Shown here piece after piece: positions 46,549 to 60,065 of a stretch of DNA of 64,000 nt. This DNA comes from Mobula birostris (Eukaryota). The notes below the pieces were generated by a model. It made no database searches, had not been told where the DNA came from, and saw only the letters and a program-made list of their open reading frames with translations. The number at the start of each line of letters is the position of its first letter. Positions within the stretch are counted from its first letter, which is position 1. Location: positions 54,349,130-54,413,129 of the forward strand of contig NC_092375.1 of the NCBI RefSeq assembly GCF_030028105.1. Direction: 5' to 3'. The position numbers were made by a program, and so were the translations under genes.

Positions 46549-49269
46549 TCTGAAAGAACTTCACATTTTTTTACGGTGTCGCAATAGAAATTGCGATCGG
46601 CGATTTCCTTAAAACAACTTGAATTCGAATAATAAAAACTCAATTCTAGGAGTTTAGGCTTATTGAAAATCAATACGAGTTGTTATAGAAGAAAAACAGG
46701 AAAGCATAAGAAACATTCAGCAGAACAGGCAGCATCTGCAAAGAAAGAAAATTATTGGTTAGGTGAAGCACCATGGATATTTGAAACTGGAGAAGAGTAC
46801 GCCTTTCGAATTACCTGCGGCTTATTTGCCTTAGATCCACTGTGAGATCCAATGTGCGGTAAATATTTCATGCATATCACCATCAACAATGAAAATCATT
46901 CTTAAGAATGTATTTACAGTGATTAGCTGCAATTTCTGTTTCTTAGACAGAAGGCAAAAAGATAAAACCTGACGTGATTCTGAAGGTGGAAGAATCCGAC
47001 AATTAGAAAATGTCGGAAATGATCCGAAAATGATCAGAAATTAATTTAAGAGTTTGTATTTGGCACATTTGTTAACTGGACCGTCGGGAATTTAAAAAGT
47101 TCTGGGTCAATTTGAGAAGCAGCAATTTAAGAAGTAACTGGGCACCAGCTGGAAACTGGAATTGAAAAGTAAAAACATTGCGCAGATAGCGGAAAGCAAA
47201 AATAAATGAGGGAATACTTAACATGTTGGAGAAACAGATCCAAAATTTCAGCTTAATAACTTGGTCTCAGAACCATTCTGACGGAAGGTCATCGAAGTTT
47301 TTTGTTTCTCTCTCCACAGTCACTGCCTGACCTATTGAGTATTTCCAGTATTTACTAAAGAACACCACAGTCCCAGTTGAAGATGAGTCCAGTTGGATTC
47401 AACGTAACTTCTGTATTAATTTCGTATATTTGACTGACAGCTTCCCCGTCTCATAATTGTTAGGTAACTCTAGAAGTGCGAATCCATTCGATGGGAAAAC
47501 AGGATGAGGGTGTGAAAATAGCGGACTGGCTGATAAATAACTAAAATTACTAATTTATCCAGTTTCTTGAATGGCCGATGCCTTAGAATTAATTCACAAT
47601 ATGTTCTATACGCTTACCATAATCTTTGCATCTGAATTCGCAAACGTCGGATTAATCAGCTCTATTGCATGACACGAGAGTAAACGAATTACCGAACAAA
47701 CCCTAATGTGGCCGCAGATATACAAGAAAGGAGCAGCGTGCAGAGTTCTGATGAGCAATTCCCACTATGAAAAGACAAAGGTAATTGTGAACTAGAGTCT
47801 GTTCATTTGCCGCTTCCGAAGAAGAAATACACATAAGAACGCTACAGAAGTTCAATCGTTCGAACTTATTTCAGTAATTTGAACATGATTAACCCATTTG
47901 ATTCAGTTAAAGATGCAATAGCATAGTAATAATGACTATCGATGAAAAGGGAAAACAGGTTCAATTGCCTAACGATATATTCTATCATTCAGGCAACTTT
48001 GGCAACTTTAATGCAATTACAAAGTCTGGGTATTTGACATTTCCGAGTGAGAAATGTGTAATTTTTCTGCATTATAAAATGAAAATCATAATTTGAATAA
48101 CGCAAACCAATGTATGTCAAGGGAATTATATTTCAAATATTTAACATCAACACATGCATATTGCAAAGCTCACCCTTTCTCAGTGTATTGTTCGCTTTAA
48201 TCGCTGATATTAAGCTGTCAATCTGGAATACAAATATTAGCTACGATCAGGTTATCACGGTTATGGAATAAGGAAGAGTCCTCGTACCAAGGATTCGAAG
48301 CCGGCAGATAACTATAATTGTCGATCAAGCAATTACAGATTTTCTGACCAATTGTTCCAAGGTGTATGTTAGAAACTGTGAACGAATTGAAAAAGTCTCA
48401 CGCACCGTGTTATCAGTTGAACTGCACTAGACCCTTTTCACCTTCTGAACATCGGAAGTTATCTCGGCAAGAGGTCGCAACACAACTCTCAGTGTTATCA
48501 GATTCATCTGTAATAAACGCTTATCGAGGATAACTTATAAAAAAGGAGTTTTAAAGGGTGAGAACGGAAAACACACAAGCCAGGATCCAGAGGTAACAGG
48601 AGAGGTCAAGATCTGTAAGAGACACTTTGAGCAGTTCCCTCGTTTATCTATATAATCAAGTGAGTTTCTTTGGATGAGCTTTCCCTTTCTGGGGCACTCT
48701 GAGAAACTCGTAGCATGTTGGTGGAGAATAGTGGGATACTTAAAAAAGTTTGGTATCTTTAGACGGACATTTTAAAGATTTCAACATAAGTGATCCCTGT
48801 CATGGATTCCCGACAGGGGTCATTTAGAGTCATAGAGAACTACAGTATGAAAAAGAACAGGCTCTTCAGCCCAACTGGTACATGCCAAACTATTATTCTG
48901 CCTAGTCCCATCTACCTGCATCAGGATCATAACCCTCCCATCATGCACAATCCAAACTTCTCTGAAATGCTGAAATTAAACCTTTATCCACCAATTTCAC
49001 TTTCATTCCACACTCACATCGCCTTCTGAGTGAAAAAGTCCCCTCTCATGCTCGAAAGGTTCAATAGGTACATTTAATGTCAGAGAAATATACATTCTGA
49101 AATTATTTTGCTTTGCAAACATCCATGATAACAGAGGAGTGCCCCAAGGAATGAACGACAGTTAAACGTTAGAACCCCAAAGCCCCCCAGCTCTCCCTCC
49201 CACGTGTAAGCAGCGGCAAAGTGACACACCACCTCCCCCACCAGTCCCTTTAAGCATTCTACTTTTCAC

Positions 49270-50800
49270 CCTTAACCCATAACCTCTAGTTATAATTTCA
49301 CCCTACTTTAGTAGAAAAAGCCTGCTTGCATTTATCCTATCTATACTCCACATAATTCTGTATACCTGTATCAAATCTCCCCTCATACTCCTTTGCTCCA
49401 GGCGATAAAATCCTAATGTATTCAACCTTTTCCTATAACTCAGATTGTCAAGTCACAGTGACATCCTTGTAAGTTTTTTCGGTGCTCTTTCAATCTTATT
49501 GATATCTTTCCTGTAGGTAGGTGACCAGAAATGCACACAACAGTCCAAATTAAACCTCAGCAATGTTTTAGAACATAGAACGGTACAGCACAGGAATGGA
49601 CTATTTGGCGCTCAATGTTCTGCCAAACAGGCTAAAAATCAAATAAAAAATATCCAAACACTAATCCCTCCTACCTACACAATATCTATGTCCCTCCATC
49701 TTCCTTATATCCATGTGCCCATCCAAACACCTCTTAAAAGTCTCTGATGTATTTGCTTCTGCACCATGCCAGCCAGCTCATACCAGGCATCCTCAACTCT
49801 CTGAGTAAATAACTTACCCATTACATCCCCCTTGAACCTACCCACTTTCACCTTCAATGCATTCCCTCTGGTTTTAGACATTTCAACCCTGGGAAACAGA
49901 TATTCCCTGCCTACTTTATCTGTGCCACTCATAATCTAATAAACCTCTATCAGATCTCCCCCTAGCCTCCGCGCTCCAGAGGAAACAACCCAAGTGTTTC
50001 AGCTTTTCCTGATAGCACATGCCCTCTAAACCAGGCAGCATCCTGGTAAACTTCTTCTGCATCCACTCCAAAGCCTCAACATCCTTTCTACAGTGGAGCA
50101 ACCAGAAGTGTATGCAATATTTCAGATGTAGCCTAACGAGAGTTTTATATAGTTACAACATAACTTCTTGACTTTTGAACTCAGTGCCTCAATTAATAAA
50201 AACAACCATTCCACAAGTCTTCTTAAGCACTTTAGTGACCTATGTAACCACTTTCAAGGAGCTATGAACTTGGATCCCAAGATCTCTCTGTTCAGCAACA
50301 CTATTAAGGACCTTGCCGTTGATAGTGTACTGTTTCCCTGCATTTGCCATACAAAGGTGCAACACCTCACATTTATCTGAGTTAAGCTCCATCTGCCATT
50401 TCTCTATCCATATCTACAACTGATCTGTATCATGCCATATTCTTGCCAATCTACAACTAATACTATCTACAACTCCACCAATCTTGGTATCATCTGCAAA
50501 CTTACTAACCCACCCATCTACGTTTTCATCTAGGTAATTTATATACATCACAAACAGCAGAGTTCCCAGCACAGATCCCTCTAATTACTGACCTTCAGAT
50601 TGGGTAAGTCCCTTCAATCACTACCCTCTGTCTACTATGCACAAGCCAGTTCTGAATCCAACCAGCCAATTTGCAACAGGCCCCGTGCATCTTAATCTTC
50701 TGGATTAGCCTCCTATGTTGGACTTTATCAAACACGTTGTTAAAGGGCATCTAAATAACATATATGACCTTTCCTTCATCAACATTCCTGGTAAACTCTT
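49270..50800 (-). mobile_element. Stacked decayed CR1 3' fragments
   Basis: HCRKDVEALEWMQKKFTRMLPGL; KLFTQRVEDAWYEL; reverse-complement FADDTK region near 50480-50510. Confidence 0.8.
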
Positions 50801-50999
50801 CAAAAAACTCTAAGATTGGTTAGATATGATCAACTATGCACAAAGCAACGTTGAGTATCCCTAATTAGTCAGAATCAGAAGCAGGTTTATTATCACCAGT
50901 ATATGTACAACATGAAATGTGTTGTCTTGGCAGCAGTACATTGCAATACATAATAAAAATAAACTATAAGAATTAAATATATTTAAAAAAGTAGTGCAA

Positions 51000-51790
51000 A
51001 AAGAGAGGAAAAAATAATACATAGTGTTCATGGATTCATTGTCAATTCAGAAATTTGACAGGGGAGGGAAGAAGCTGTTCCTGAAATGTTGGGCATGATG
51101 GAGCCGGTTGAGTTTACAACTCTCTGCAGCTTTATCTGATCCTGTGCAGTGGCCCCACCACATCAGATGGTGATGAAACCAGTTGGTATGCTTTCCACGG
51201 TAGCAGCTGTCATGCATTCTTTGTAATTGCATCAATATATTTGGCCCAGGATAGATCTTCAGAGATGCTGAAACTGTTTATCCTGCTGATCCCTCACTGG
51301 TGGTCCTTCCCCCTCCTGAAGTCCACACTCAATTCCTTGGTCTTACCGATGTTGAGTGCAAGTTTGTTGTTGCAGAACCACTCAACCAACTGATCTATCT
51401 CGCTCCTGTATGCCTTCTCGTCACCATCTGAAGTTCTGCTAACAATAGATGGTGTTTCAGCTGTGCCTATCCACACAATTGTGAGTGTAGAGAAAGTAGA
51501 GCAGTGGACTAAGCGCACATCACAGAGTGTGCCGGTGTTGATTACTAGTGAGGAGGAGATGTAAATTCCAATCCGCACAGACTGTGGTCTCCCGATGAGG
51601 AAGTCGTGGATCCAGTTGCAAAGGGAGGAGCAGAGGCCCAGGGTTTGGAGCTTGTTGATTAGAACTGAGGGTACAATCATGTTGAACGCTGAGCTGTGAT
51701 TAGTAAATAGCAACCTGAAGTAGGTATTGCTATTGTCCAGGTGATCCAAGGCCAAATGGAGAACTGGTAAGATTGCATCCACTTTAGACT
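51000..51790 (-). mobile_element. Rex1/Babar-like LINE, downstream half (host of the Tx1 insertion)
   Basis: SKVDAILPVLHLALDHLDNSNTYFRLLF..SSAFNMIVPSVLINKL; continues the piece at 55931-56170. Confidence 0.85.
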
Positions 51791-54700
51791 TATTTTTTTT
51801 TATTTCAAAATATACTTTATTCAAAAATAAATATATACAATAAACCATTCAATAACTTTTCATCCTTTACATACGTTTCCATTATACTCAGTACATATCC
51901 GTATTTATAGCCACCCACGTTGCACTCCAGTAGTTCAGCTTACCATATCATTGTTGAGGGGTATACTCCCCGCCCACCGACCCCTCCCACTCCCACGGGT
52001 GGAGAAACCTATACTGTGGTCCTTCCCCACCGGGCCCTTGCGGTAGCTGCACCAAGTTTCAGTGCGTCCCTCAGCACGTACTCCTGCAACCGAGAATGTG
52101 CCAGTCGGCAGCATTCTCCCACGGACATCTCCATGTGCTGGTAGATCATCAAGTTTCGGGCCGACCAAAGAGCGTCTTTCACCGAGTTGATGATCTGCCA
52201 GCAGCACCAGATGTTGGTCTCCGTGTGCGTCCCCGGGAACAGCCCGTAGATCAGAGAGTCCTCTGTTACGCAGCTGCTGGGGATAAAACGTGACACTAGT
52301 CCGTCCATCCTCCTCCACACCCTCTTTGCGAACTGGCAGTGTGCAAAGAGGTGGGTCACAGACTCCTCCTCACTGCAGTCCTCCCGTGGGCAGTGGGGTG
52401 CGGAGACGACATTCCGGGCGTACAGGAGGGCTCTGACTGGGAGGGCCCCTCTCACCGCCAGCCAGGCGAGGTTTTGGTGCCTGTTGGTGAGATCTGGCGA
52501 TGAGGCATTTTGCCAGATGAACTGGACAGTCTGCTCAGGGAACCACCCCACTGTGTCCATCACGTCCTTCTCCTGCAGTGCCTGCAGGACACTACGTGCC
52601 GACCACTGCCTGATGGCCCTGTGGTCAAAGGCATTCTCCTGGAAGAACTTTGCTACGTAGGACAGGTATGCCGGCAACGACCAGCTGACTGGGGCGTTGC
52701 GCGGGAGTGGGGCCAGACCCATCCTTCGTAGCCAGGGCGACAGGTAGAACCTGGGCACATAGTGGTACTTGGTGCCCACATACCTGGGTTCTACACACAA
52801 CCTGATGCAGCCACATACGAAGCTGGCCATCAGGGTGAGGGCGACATTGGGGACGTTCTTGCCCCCGTTGTCCAGGGACTTGTGCATGACGGTCCGTCTC
52901 ACCCGCTCCATCTTGGATCCCCAGATGAATCTGAAGACAGCCCGGGTGATTTCCGAGCTGTAGGAGCGGGGAACGGGCCAGACTTGCGCCAAGTTCAGCA
53001 GCCCTGAGAGCACGTCACACCTGATGACCAGGTTCTTGCCCGTTATCGACAGGGAGCGCCCTCCCCACAGTCCCAGTTTCTGTTTCACCTTGGCAGTCCG
53101 CTCCCGCCAGTTCTTGTTGCACGCCTCAGCCCCTCCGAACCAGATCTCCAACACCTTCACGTGGTCAGACCTGATGGTGAAGGGGACGCTGGATCGGTCG
53201 GGCCAGTTGGCGAAGAGCATGGCTTCGCTCTTCGTGCGGTTGACCCTGGCCCCCGACGCTAGCTCGAACTGTTCGCAGGTGCCAATCAACCTGCGAACTG
53301 ACCTCGGATCAGAGCAGAAGACGGCGACGTCGTCCATGTACAGGGAGGTTTTCACTTGGGTCCCTCCACTGCCTGGCAGCGTCACCCCTCTTATGCCCTC
53401 ATCCCTCCTGATGGCTTCCGCAAAGGGTTCTATGCAGCAGACAAACAAGACAGGGGAGAGGGGACAGCCCTGCCTGACTCCAGACCTGATGGGGAAGCTG
53501 TCTGTTTCCCACCCGTTGACCTGGACTGCACTACGGATGTCTGTGTAGAGCAGTCTGATCCAATTCCGGATTCTCTCCCCAAATCCCATTTTGGAGAGCA
53601 CGTCCGCCATGTATATCCACGTGTGTGATATCCTGTTGAAGGCTTTCTCCTGGTCCAAGCTGACCAGGCAGGCGTCCACCCCCCTGTCCTGCACGTAGGC
53701 GATGGTGTCCCTCAGCAGCGCGAGGCTGTCTGAGACCTTCCTGCCCGGTACAGCACAGGTTTGGCCCGGGTGGATCACCTGTCCCAGAGCAGACTTGACC
53801 CTGTTGGCGATAGCCTTGGACAGGATCTTGTAGTCCACATTCAGGAGAGAGATGGGTCTCCAATTTCTAATGTCCTCCCTTTCCCCCTTCTGCTTGTAGA
53901 TGAGGGTGATGATGCCCTTCCTCATGGACTCAGACATACTGCCGGCCAGAAGCATAGCGTTGTACACTTCCAGCAGGTCTGGGCCCATCCAGTTCCACAG
54001 AGCCGAGTACAACTCAGCCGGTAAGCCGTCGCTTCCGGGAGTCTTACCCGACCCAAAGGAACGGATGGAGGCTGTCAGCTCGTCCAGGGTCAGTGGCTGA
54101 TCCAGACTCTCCCGCTTGCCGTCGTCTAAGACCTGCGTGATAGACGACAGGAAGTTGCGGGAGGCTGTGGCTTCTGTGGCCTTTTCGTCGTACAGACCGG
54201 CATAGAAGGACTTGCAGATCCTCAGTATTTCGGTCTGCGAGGACGCGACTGAGCCGTCCTCTTCCTTAAGGTTGTGGATCACAGAGCTCCCCCCTCTGCA
54301 CCTTTTGGAAGAAGAAGCGTGAGCACATCTCGACCTGCTCCACGGTTTGGACCCTTGATCGGAAGATGATCTTGGAGGATTCAGCGGCGAGGTGCTGGGC
54401 TTGCCGGCCCTTCACCTCTCGCAATTCCTCCCTGACATCCACCCGCTTTGACTGCAGAAGGAGAAGTTGCTGCAACTCTGTCTGGAGTTTACGCAGTTCC
54501 CTCTGCTCCTGCCTTGCCTTCTGAATACCCTTGCGGATGAAGAACCTCTTAATGTTCTCCTTGGTGGCTTTCCACCAGTGAACCGGGGAATCAAAGAAGG
54601 CTTTCAAGGTTCTCCAACCTGTGTACTCCCTCTCTAGTTCCTCCATGTTCTCTGGGGTCAGCAGCTTTACGTTCAGCTTCCAAGTCCCCCTGCCTGCCTT

Positions 54701-55635
54701 CTGGTCCTCCCGTAAGTGGCAGGTGGCTCTCAGAAGGCAGTGGTCAGAGAAGAACACCGGCGTGACGTCGGTGGACCTGACCCTGAGGGCCTCAGACAGG
54801 AAGAGGAAGTCGATCCGGGAGCGGGCTGAGCCGTCCGATCGTGTCCAGGTGGCTTGCGGCTGTGCTCCACCTGTGGGGGTACCAAAGACAGCTTGGCTGT
54901 CTTCACCATTTCCCTCAGGAGTCTAGAGGTACTGTCCAGCCTGCCGTCGGCACTGCCGGGTCCTCCAGCCGCATCAATGGTGCAGTTGAAGTCTCCGGCC
55001 AGAACGACCGGCTGGGTCGTCACCAGCAGCTGTGGGAGCTGCTCGAAGACGGCCAGCCGCCCGCTCCGCACGGGGGAGGCGTACATGTTGATCAGCCGGA
55101 GCGGAGTGCCCCGGTATTTGACGTCTGCTACCAGGAGGCGCCCCGCAACCACCTCTTTAACTTGGGTGATTGAGAAGTTGCCTCCCCGCAGCAGAATCCC
55201 CAGGCCGGAAGCGCGACAATCGTTGCCCCCCGACCACACAGACAAACCTTTTTTCCACCACCGTGACCACCTCCGGTAGTTACGGAGATATGGTAGTCCA
55301 CACTCCTGGAGGAAGGTCACATCGGCCTTTACAATGTCCAGGTACTGGAGCGTGCTGACGCATCGCCCAGTACTCTTCAAACTTCCCACATTCAAGCACG
55401 CCAATTTAAGGTCTGCCATCGTTGTAAGTCTTTTATTTTGGCTGCCCTCCGTCCTCACCCTTGCCATCCTGAGCCTTCATTCCCACCACTTTTGTGAAGT
55501 TTTCCACCTCCTGTGGGCTCAGGTACTGCTGGTAGTACTCCTCCGTGTGTGGCCGTTCTGGGTCTGGGCCCGGGAGGTTGTTGACTTCCTGGGCTGCTTC
55601 CACTTCCGGCTGCCCGCCGTGGCTCTGCTCCCGGA
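51791..55635 (-). mobile_element. Young Tx1-like LINE: ORF1 C-terminus plus nearly intact ORF2
   Basis: APE endonuclease (LACLNV, FLQEC, LAGDFN, SDH), RT (KTPGSDGLP, WRPISLLNVDYK, GVRQGCPLSP, YMDDV) and zf-RVT (CPREDC..ESVTHLFAHC). ORF2 ATG at 55417-55419; two frameshifts near 54880 and 54290; AATAAA plus poly(A) at the 3' end. Confidence 0.95.
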
Positions 55636-55930
55636 TTTTTTTTTCCAAAAATACTTTATTCAGAAATATTACAAAATAAAAATAATTACATACAGAAAAA
55701 GAAAACCATTCGTTGACTGTGAGTCCTTATTCAATACAGTTATTAACAATAAAATTTTGTGTTGACTTTGTTCATTTACAAATGAAAGATGTTTACAGCA
55801 AATCATGCGTTTACTCTCAACTTTTGGTCAAGTGTTAAGACTTATTAACAATCAAAATTTTCAACAATAAAGGCAGGCAATGGCTCTAATACTTTCCCAA
55901 ATTAACAATTCCACCCACTCCTTGGGCACC
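55636..55930 (-). mobile_element. Short LINE 3' UTR with poly(A), directly upstream of the Tx1 copy
   Basis: Minus strand ends AATAAAGTATTTTTGGAAAAAAAAA, the same design as the Tx1 end (AATAAAGTATATTTTGAAATAAAAAAAAA). Confidence 0.65.
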
Positions 55931-56170
55931 GTGATAGGAAAACTACAGCAGTTCCAAGTCCGTGCTTAAGCAGGAGTTGATTTTTGCCATGACCAACCTT
56001 TCAAAGCACTTCACAGTAGATGCGAGTGCCACTGAGCGATAGTCATTGAGGCAGCTCACCCTACTCTTCTTGGACACTGGTATGATTGTCGCCCTTTTGC
56101 AGCAGATGGACACCTTCAATTGCAGCAGGGAGAGATTGAAGGTGTCAGTGAGTAATGACATTTGCATCAT
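55931..56170 (-). mobile_element. Rex1/Babar-like LINE, upstream half
   Basis: FNLSLLQ..ATIIPVSKKSRVSCLNDYRSVALAS..KCFERLV. Confidence 0.85.
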
Positions 56171-56176
56171 CAATAG

Positions 56177-56940
56177 CAGGGGTCCCCAACCAAGTTTGCA
56201 CCGCGGACCGGTTTAATATTGACAATATTCTTGCGAACCGGCCGACTCGGGGGGGGTGGGTGTTCAAGTAGGGTTAAATTCACCTCAACATGTCTTTTAC
56301 AGCTAGGGTTGCCAACTTTCTCACTCCCAAATAAGGGACAAAAGTAGCACTCAAATCGTGGGACAGTTTATCCGGGGAAAAGACTACCATGACCATGAAG
56401 CCTTGCGCAGGCACCTGTGAGCGCATGCGTGATGCGCGTGCGCGTACGTGCCGATTCCCCCCCCCCCACAAATCGGTTTTCTCTTCATCTTCTCGACTAT
56501 ACTCTGCATACATTATTTCTACTTTATATATAGGGTGTGTATTTATCATATCATTCCTGCTTTTACTATATGTTAGTGTTATTTTAGATTTTATGTGTTA
56601 TGTGGTATGATTTGGTAGGTTATTTTTTGGGTCTGGACCAACGCTCGAAAATTGTTCCCATGTGAATTAATGGTAATTGCTTCTTCATCTTATGCCATTT
56701 CGGCACGAAAGGTTTCATAGGAACGCTCTACCTTAGCGGGGGAAATACGGGACAAGGGCGGTCCCGTATGGGATAAACCAATTTAGCCCAATATACAGGA
56801 TGTCCCGGCAAATACGGGACAGTTGGCAACCGTATGTTCAAGTTCAACAGTGCGTGACAGGGAATGAGGAAAGGTGCAGCTGACTCATATCGTTTCCTCA
56901 CGGCCCGGTAGCACATGCTTTGCGGCGAAGTACCAGAGGA
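56177..56940. mobile_element. Non-autonomous hAT-like element with an internal TIR pair
   Basis: Outer terminus CAGGGGTCCCCAACC (56177); inner TIRs TAGGGTTGCCAAC (56304-56316) / GTTGGCAACCGTA (56822-56834) with GGGACA subterminal motifs. Confidence 0.7.
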
Positions 56941-58066
56941 TTGGAGGGTTGCAAATGTTGTTCCCTCGTTCAAGAAAGGGAGTAGAGATAACTCAGGAAA
57001 TTATAGACCAGTGAGTCTGACTTCAGTGGTTGGAGAAGATCCTGAGAGCAGGATTTGAGCATTTGGAGAGACATGATCTGATTAGGGATAGTCAGCATGG
57101 CTTTGTCAAGAGCAGGTCATGCCTTAGGAGCCTGATTGACTTATGAGTCATTCCTGCCTGTGGCCATCAAACTTTACAACTCCACCCTTGGAGGATCAGA
57201 CATCCTGAGCCAATAGGCTGGTCCTGGACTTATTTCATAATTTACTGGCATAATTTACATATTACTATTTAACTGTTATGGATCTATTACTATTTATTAT
57301 TTATGGTGCAACTGTAACGAAAACCAATTTCCCCCGGGATCAATAAAGTATGACTATGACTATTGAATTCTTTGAGGAAGTAACAAAACACATTGATGAA
57401 GGTAGAGCAGTAGATGTAGTCTATATGCATTTCAGTAAGGCATTTGATAAGGTTCCCCATACAAGACTCGTTCAGAAAGTAAGGAGGCATGGGATCCAAG
57501 GAGACTTTGCTTTGTGGATCCAGAACTGGCTTGCCCACAGAAGGCAAAGGGTGGTTGTAGATGGTTTATTCTGTACATGGAGGTCAGTGACCAGTGGTGT
57601 TCTACAGGGATTTGTTCTGGGACCCCTCCTCTTTTTGATTTTTATAAATGACCTGGATGAAGAAGTAGAACGGTGGGTTAGTAACTTTGCTGATGACACA
57701 AAAGTTGGGGGTGTGGTGGATAGTCTGGAGGGTTGTCAGTGGTTACAGTGGGACATAGATAGGATGCAGAACGGGGCTGAGAAGTGGCAGATGGACTTCA
57801 ACCCAGATAAGTGTGAAGTGGTTCATTTTGGTAGGTCAAATTTGAAGATAGAATTTAATATAAATGGTAAAATTCTTGGCAGTGTGGAGGATTTGAGAGA
57901 CCGTGGGGTCGGTGTTGGTAGGACGCTCAAAGCTGCTGCGCAGGTTGACAGTCTTTTTAAGAAGGTGTATGGTGTGTTGGCATTCATCAACCATGGGACT
58001 GAGTTCAAGAGCTGTGAGGTAATGCTACAGCTATATAAGACCTTGGTCAGACCCCACTTGGAGTAC
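56940..58066 (+). mobile_element. CR1 RT fragment, left part (continues at 62072)
   Basis: VDVVYMHFSKAFDKVPH; GVLQGFVLGP; FADDTKVGG; ends LYKTLVRPHLEY. Interrupted by a LINE tail at about 57150-57360. Confidence 0.9.
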
Positions 58067-58415
58067 CATTCACAACATGCTGGAGGAACTCAGCAGGTCA
58101 GGCAGCATCCGTGGACGCAAACAGTCTACGTTTTGGGCCGAGACTCTTCGTAAGGACTGAAGAGGGAGGGGCAGGGGCCCTATAAAGAAGGTGGGGGAAG
58201 GGTGGGAAGGAGAAGGTAGGTTCCAGGTGAAAAACCAGTAAGGGGAAAGATAAAGGGGTGGGGGAAGGGAAGCAGGGAGGGGATAGGCAGGAAAGGTGAA
58301 GAAGGAATAGGGGAAAGCACAATGGCTAGTAGAAGCAGGCGAACCATGAGGGAGGGGATAGGCAGCTGGAGGAGGGGGCAGCATGAAACGGATGGGGGAA
58401 GGGAGGGGGAGGAAA

Positions 58416-58733
58416 TTACTGGAAGCTGGAGAATTCAATGTTCATGCCAAGGGGCTGGAGACTACCCAGATGGTATATGAGGTGTTGCTTCTCCAACCTG
58501 AGTTTGGCCTCATCATGGCAATAGAGGAGGCCATGTATGGACATATCTGAATGGGAATGTGAAGCAGAGTTGAAGTGGGTGGCAACCGGGAGATCCTGTC
58601 TGTTTTGGCGGATGGAGCGGAGGTGCTCGATGAAGCGGTCCCCCAATCTGCGTCGTGTTTCACCGATGTAGAGGAGGCCGCACCGGATGCAATAGATGAC
58701 CCCAACAGACTCACAAGTGGAGTGTTGCGTCAC
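58416..58733 (-). CDS. Penelope-like GIY-YIG endonuclease domain (no RT attached)
   Basis: GVIYCIRCGLLYIGETRRRLGDRFIEH..PVATHFN..EKQHLIYHLGSLQPLGMNIEF; element-derived, expression not implied. Confidence 0.8.
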   Translation of the reverse strand: MTQHSTCESVGVIYCIRCGLLYIGETRRRLGDRFIEHLRSIRQNRQDLPVATHFNSASHSHSDMSIHGLLYCHDEAKLRLEKQHLIYHLGSLQPLGMNIEFSSFQ

Positions 58734-59519
58734 CTGGAAGGACTGTTTGGGGCCCTGAATAGTGGTGAGAGAGGAGGTGTAGGGACAGGTGCAGCACTTA
58801 CGCTTGCAGGGATAAATGCCGGGTGGGAGATCCGTGGGGAGGGACGTGTGGACCAGGGAGTCATGGAGGGAGTGATCCCTGCGGAAAGCGGAGAGGGGTA
58901 GAGAGGGAAAGATGTGCTTAGTGGTGGCTTAGCTGTGGAGCGGTATCTGGTTTTGTCGGGTGACTTGTCAACGATAACATTCTCATCGTGCCTCTGGACC
59001 TGTGGAGTAGCATTAGGTTTGGCAGGTGTCTTGTTCAAGTCGATGTTCTCAGTTGCCGGTGTCACGTTGCTGTCAGTGACATGATCATCACTGAGAGGTA
59101 GCTCCGGTGGCTCTAATGAGTCCGTCTTGTTGGATGTGTTGAGGATTGTTTGAGTTTACCAGGGGATCAGCTATTCTGGATCAGGTGTTTTGCAATAAAC
59201 CAGAATTGATTAGAGACTTTAAGGTAAAAAAATCCTTAGGGGAAATTAATCCATGGAATTTGTTGCCATAGGCAGCTATGAAGGCAGTTTTATGTATATT
59301 TAACGCAGACATTGATAGATTCTTGATTGTTAGGGCATGATGAGATATGGGGTGAAGGCAGATTATTGAGGCTGAGAGGAAAACTGATGAAATGGTGCAG
59401 CAGACTCGATGGGAAAATGGCCTAATTCTGCTCCTATATCTAATGGTCTTATCATCTTTGTTACATCCTCAAAGAATTCCATCAGGCTCATAAGGCATGA
59501 CCTTCCCCTCAGAAAATCT

Positions 59520-60065
59520 TGTAAACACAGAAACATAGAAAATAGGTGCAGGAGTAGGCCATCCGGACCTTCGAGCCTGCACTGCCATTCAGTATGATCA
59601 TGGCTGATCATCCAACTCAGAACCCTGTACCTGCCTTCTCTCCATACCCCCTGATACCTTTAGCCACGAGGGCCATATCTAACTCCCTCTTAAATATAGC
59701 CAATGAACTGGCCTCAACTGTTTCCTGTGGCAGAGAATTCCACAGATTCACCATTCTCTGTGTGAAGAAATTTTTCCTCATCTCGGTCCTAAAAGGCTTC
59801 TCCTTTATCCTCAAACTGTGACCCCTCATTCTGGACTTCCCAACATCGGGAACAATCTTCCTGCATTTAGCCTGTCCAATCCCTTTAGGATTTTATATGT
59901 TTCAATAAGATCCCCCCTCAATCTTCTAAATTCCAACTAGTTTAAGCCTAGTTGATCCAGTCTTTCATCATATGAAAGTCCTGCCATCCCAGGAATCAAT
60001 CTGGTGAACCTTCTTTGTACTCCCTCTATGGCAAGGATGTCTTTCCTCAGATTAGGGGACCAAAA
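59520..60065 (-). mobile_element. CR1 3' fragment inside the composite
   Basis: RGHSLRIKEKPFRTEMRKNFFTQRMVNLWNSLP; AGAAACAT tail. Confidence 0.85.

Larger units (their letters stand above)
45500..48500 (-). promoter_or_regulatory. CpG-retaining unique region, probable promoter/5' end of the IgV gene
   Basis: CpG dinucleotides are visibly frequent in otherwise AT-rich, non-repetitive sequence. Minus-strand 5' UTR acceptor ctctttcttttacctgagcag| (exon starts 46146) and upstream donors CAG|gtaatt (46815) and ATG|gtaagc (47618). Confidence 0.6.

Noticed and set aside
46141-46860. Plus-strand donors (CAG|gtaaaa at 46154, GCG|gtaaat at 46858) and ORF 46663-46845 as a divergent gene
   Set aside because: No recognisable protein and no downstream partner exons; the first site is explained as the complement of the minus-strand acceptor.
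52096-55358. Many plus-strand ORFs of 60-174 aa
   Set aside because: They are antisense shadows of the GC-rich Tx1 ORF2.
57350-58153. 267-aa ORF as a host protein
   Set aside because: It is a chance fusion of a LINE tail, CR1 RT and the Penelope arm terminus.
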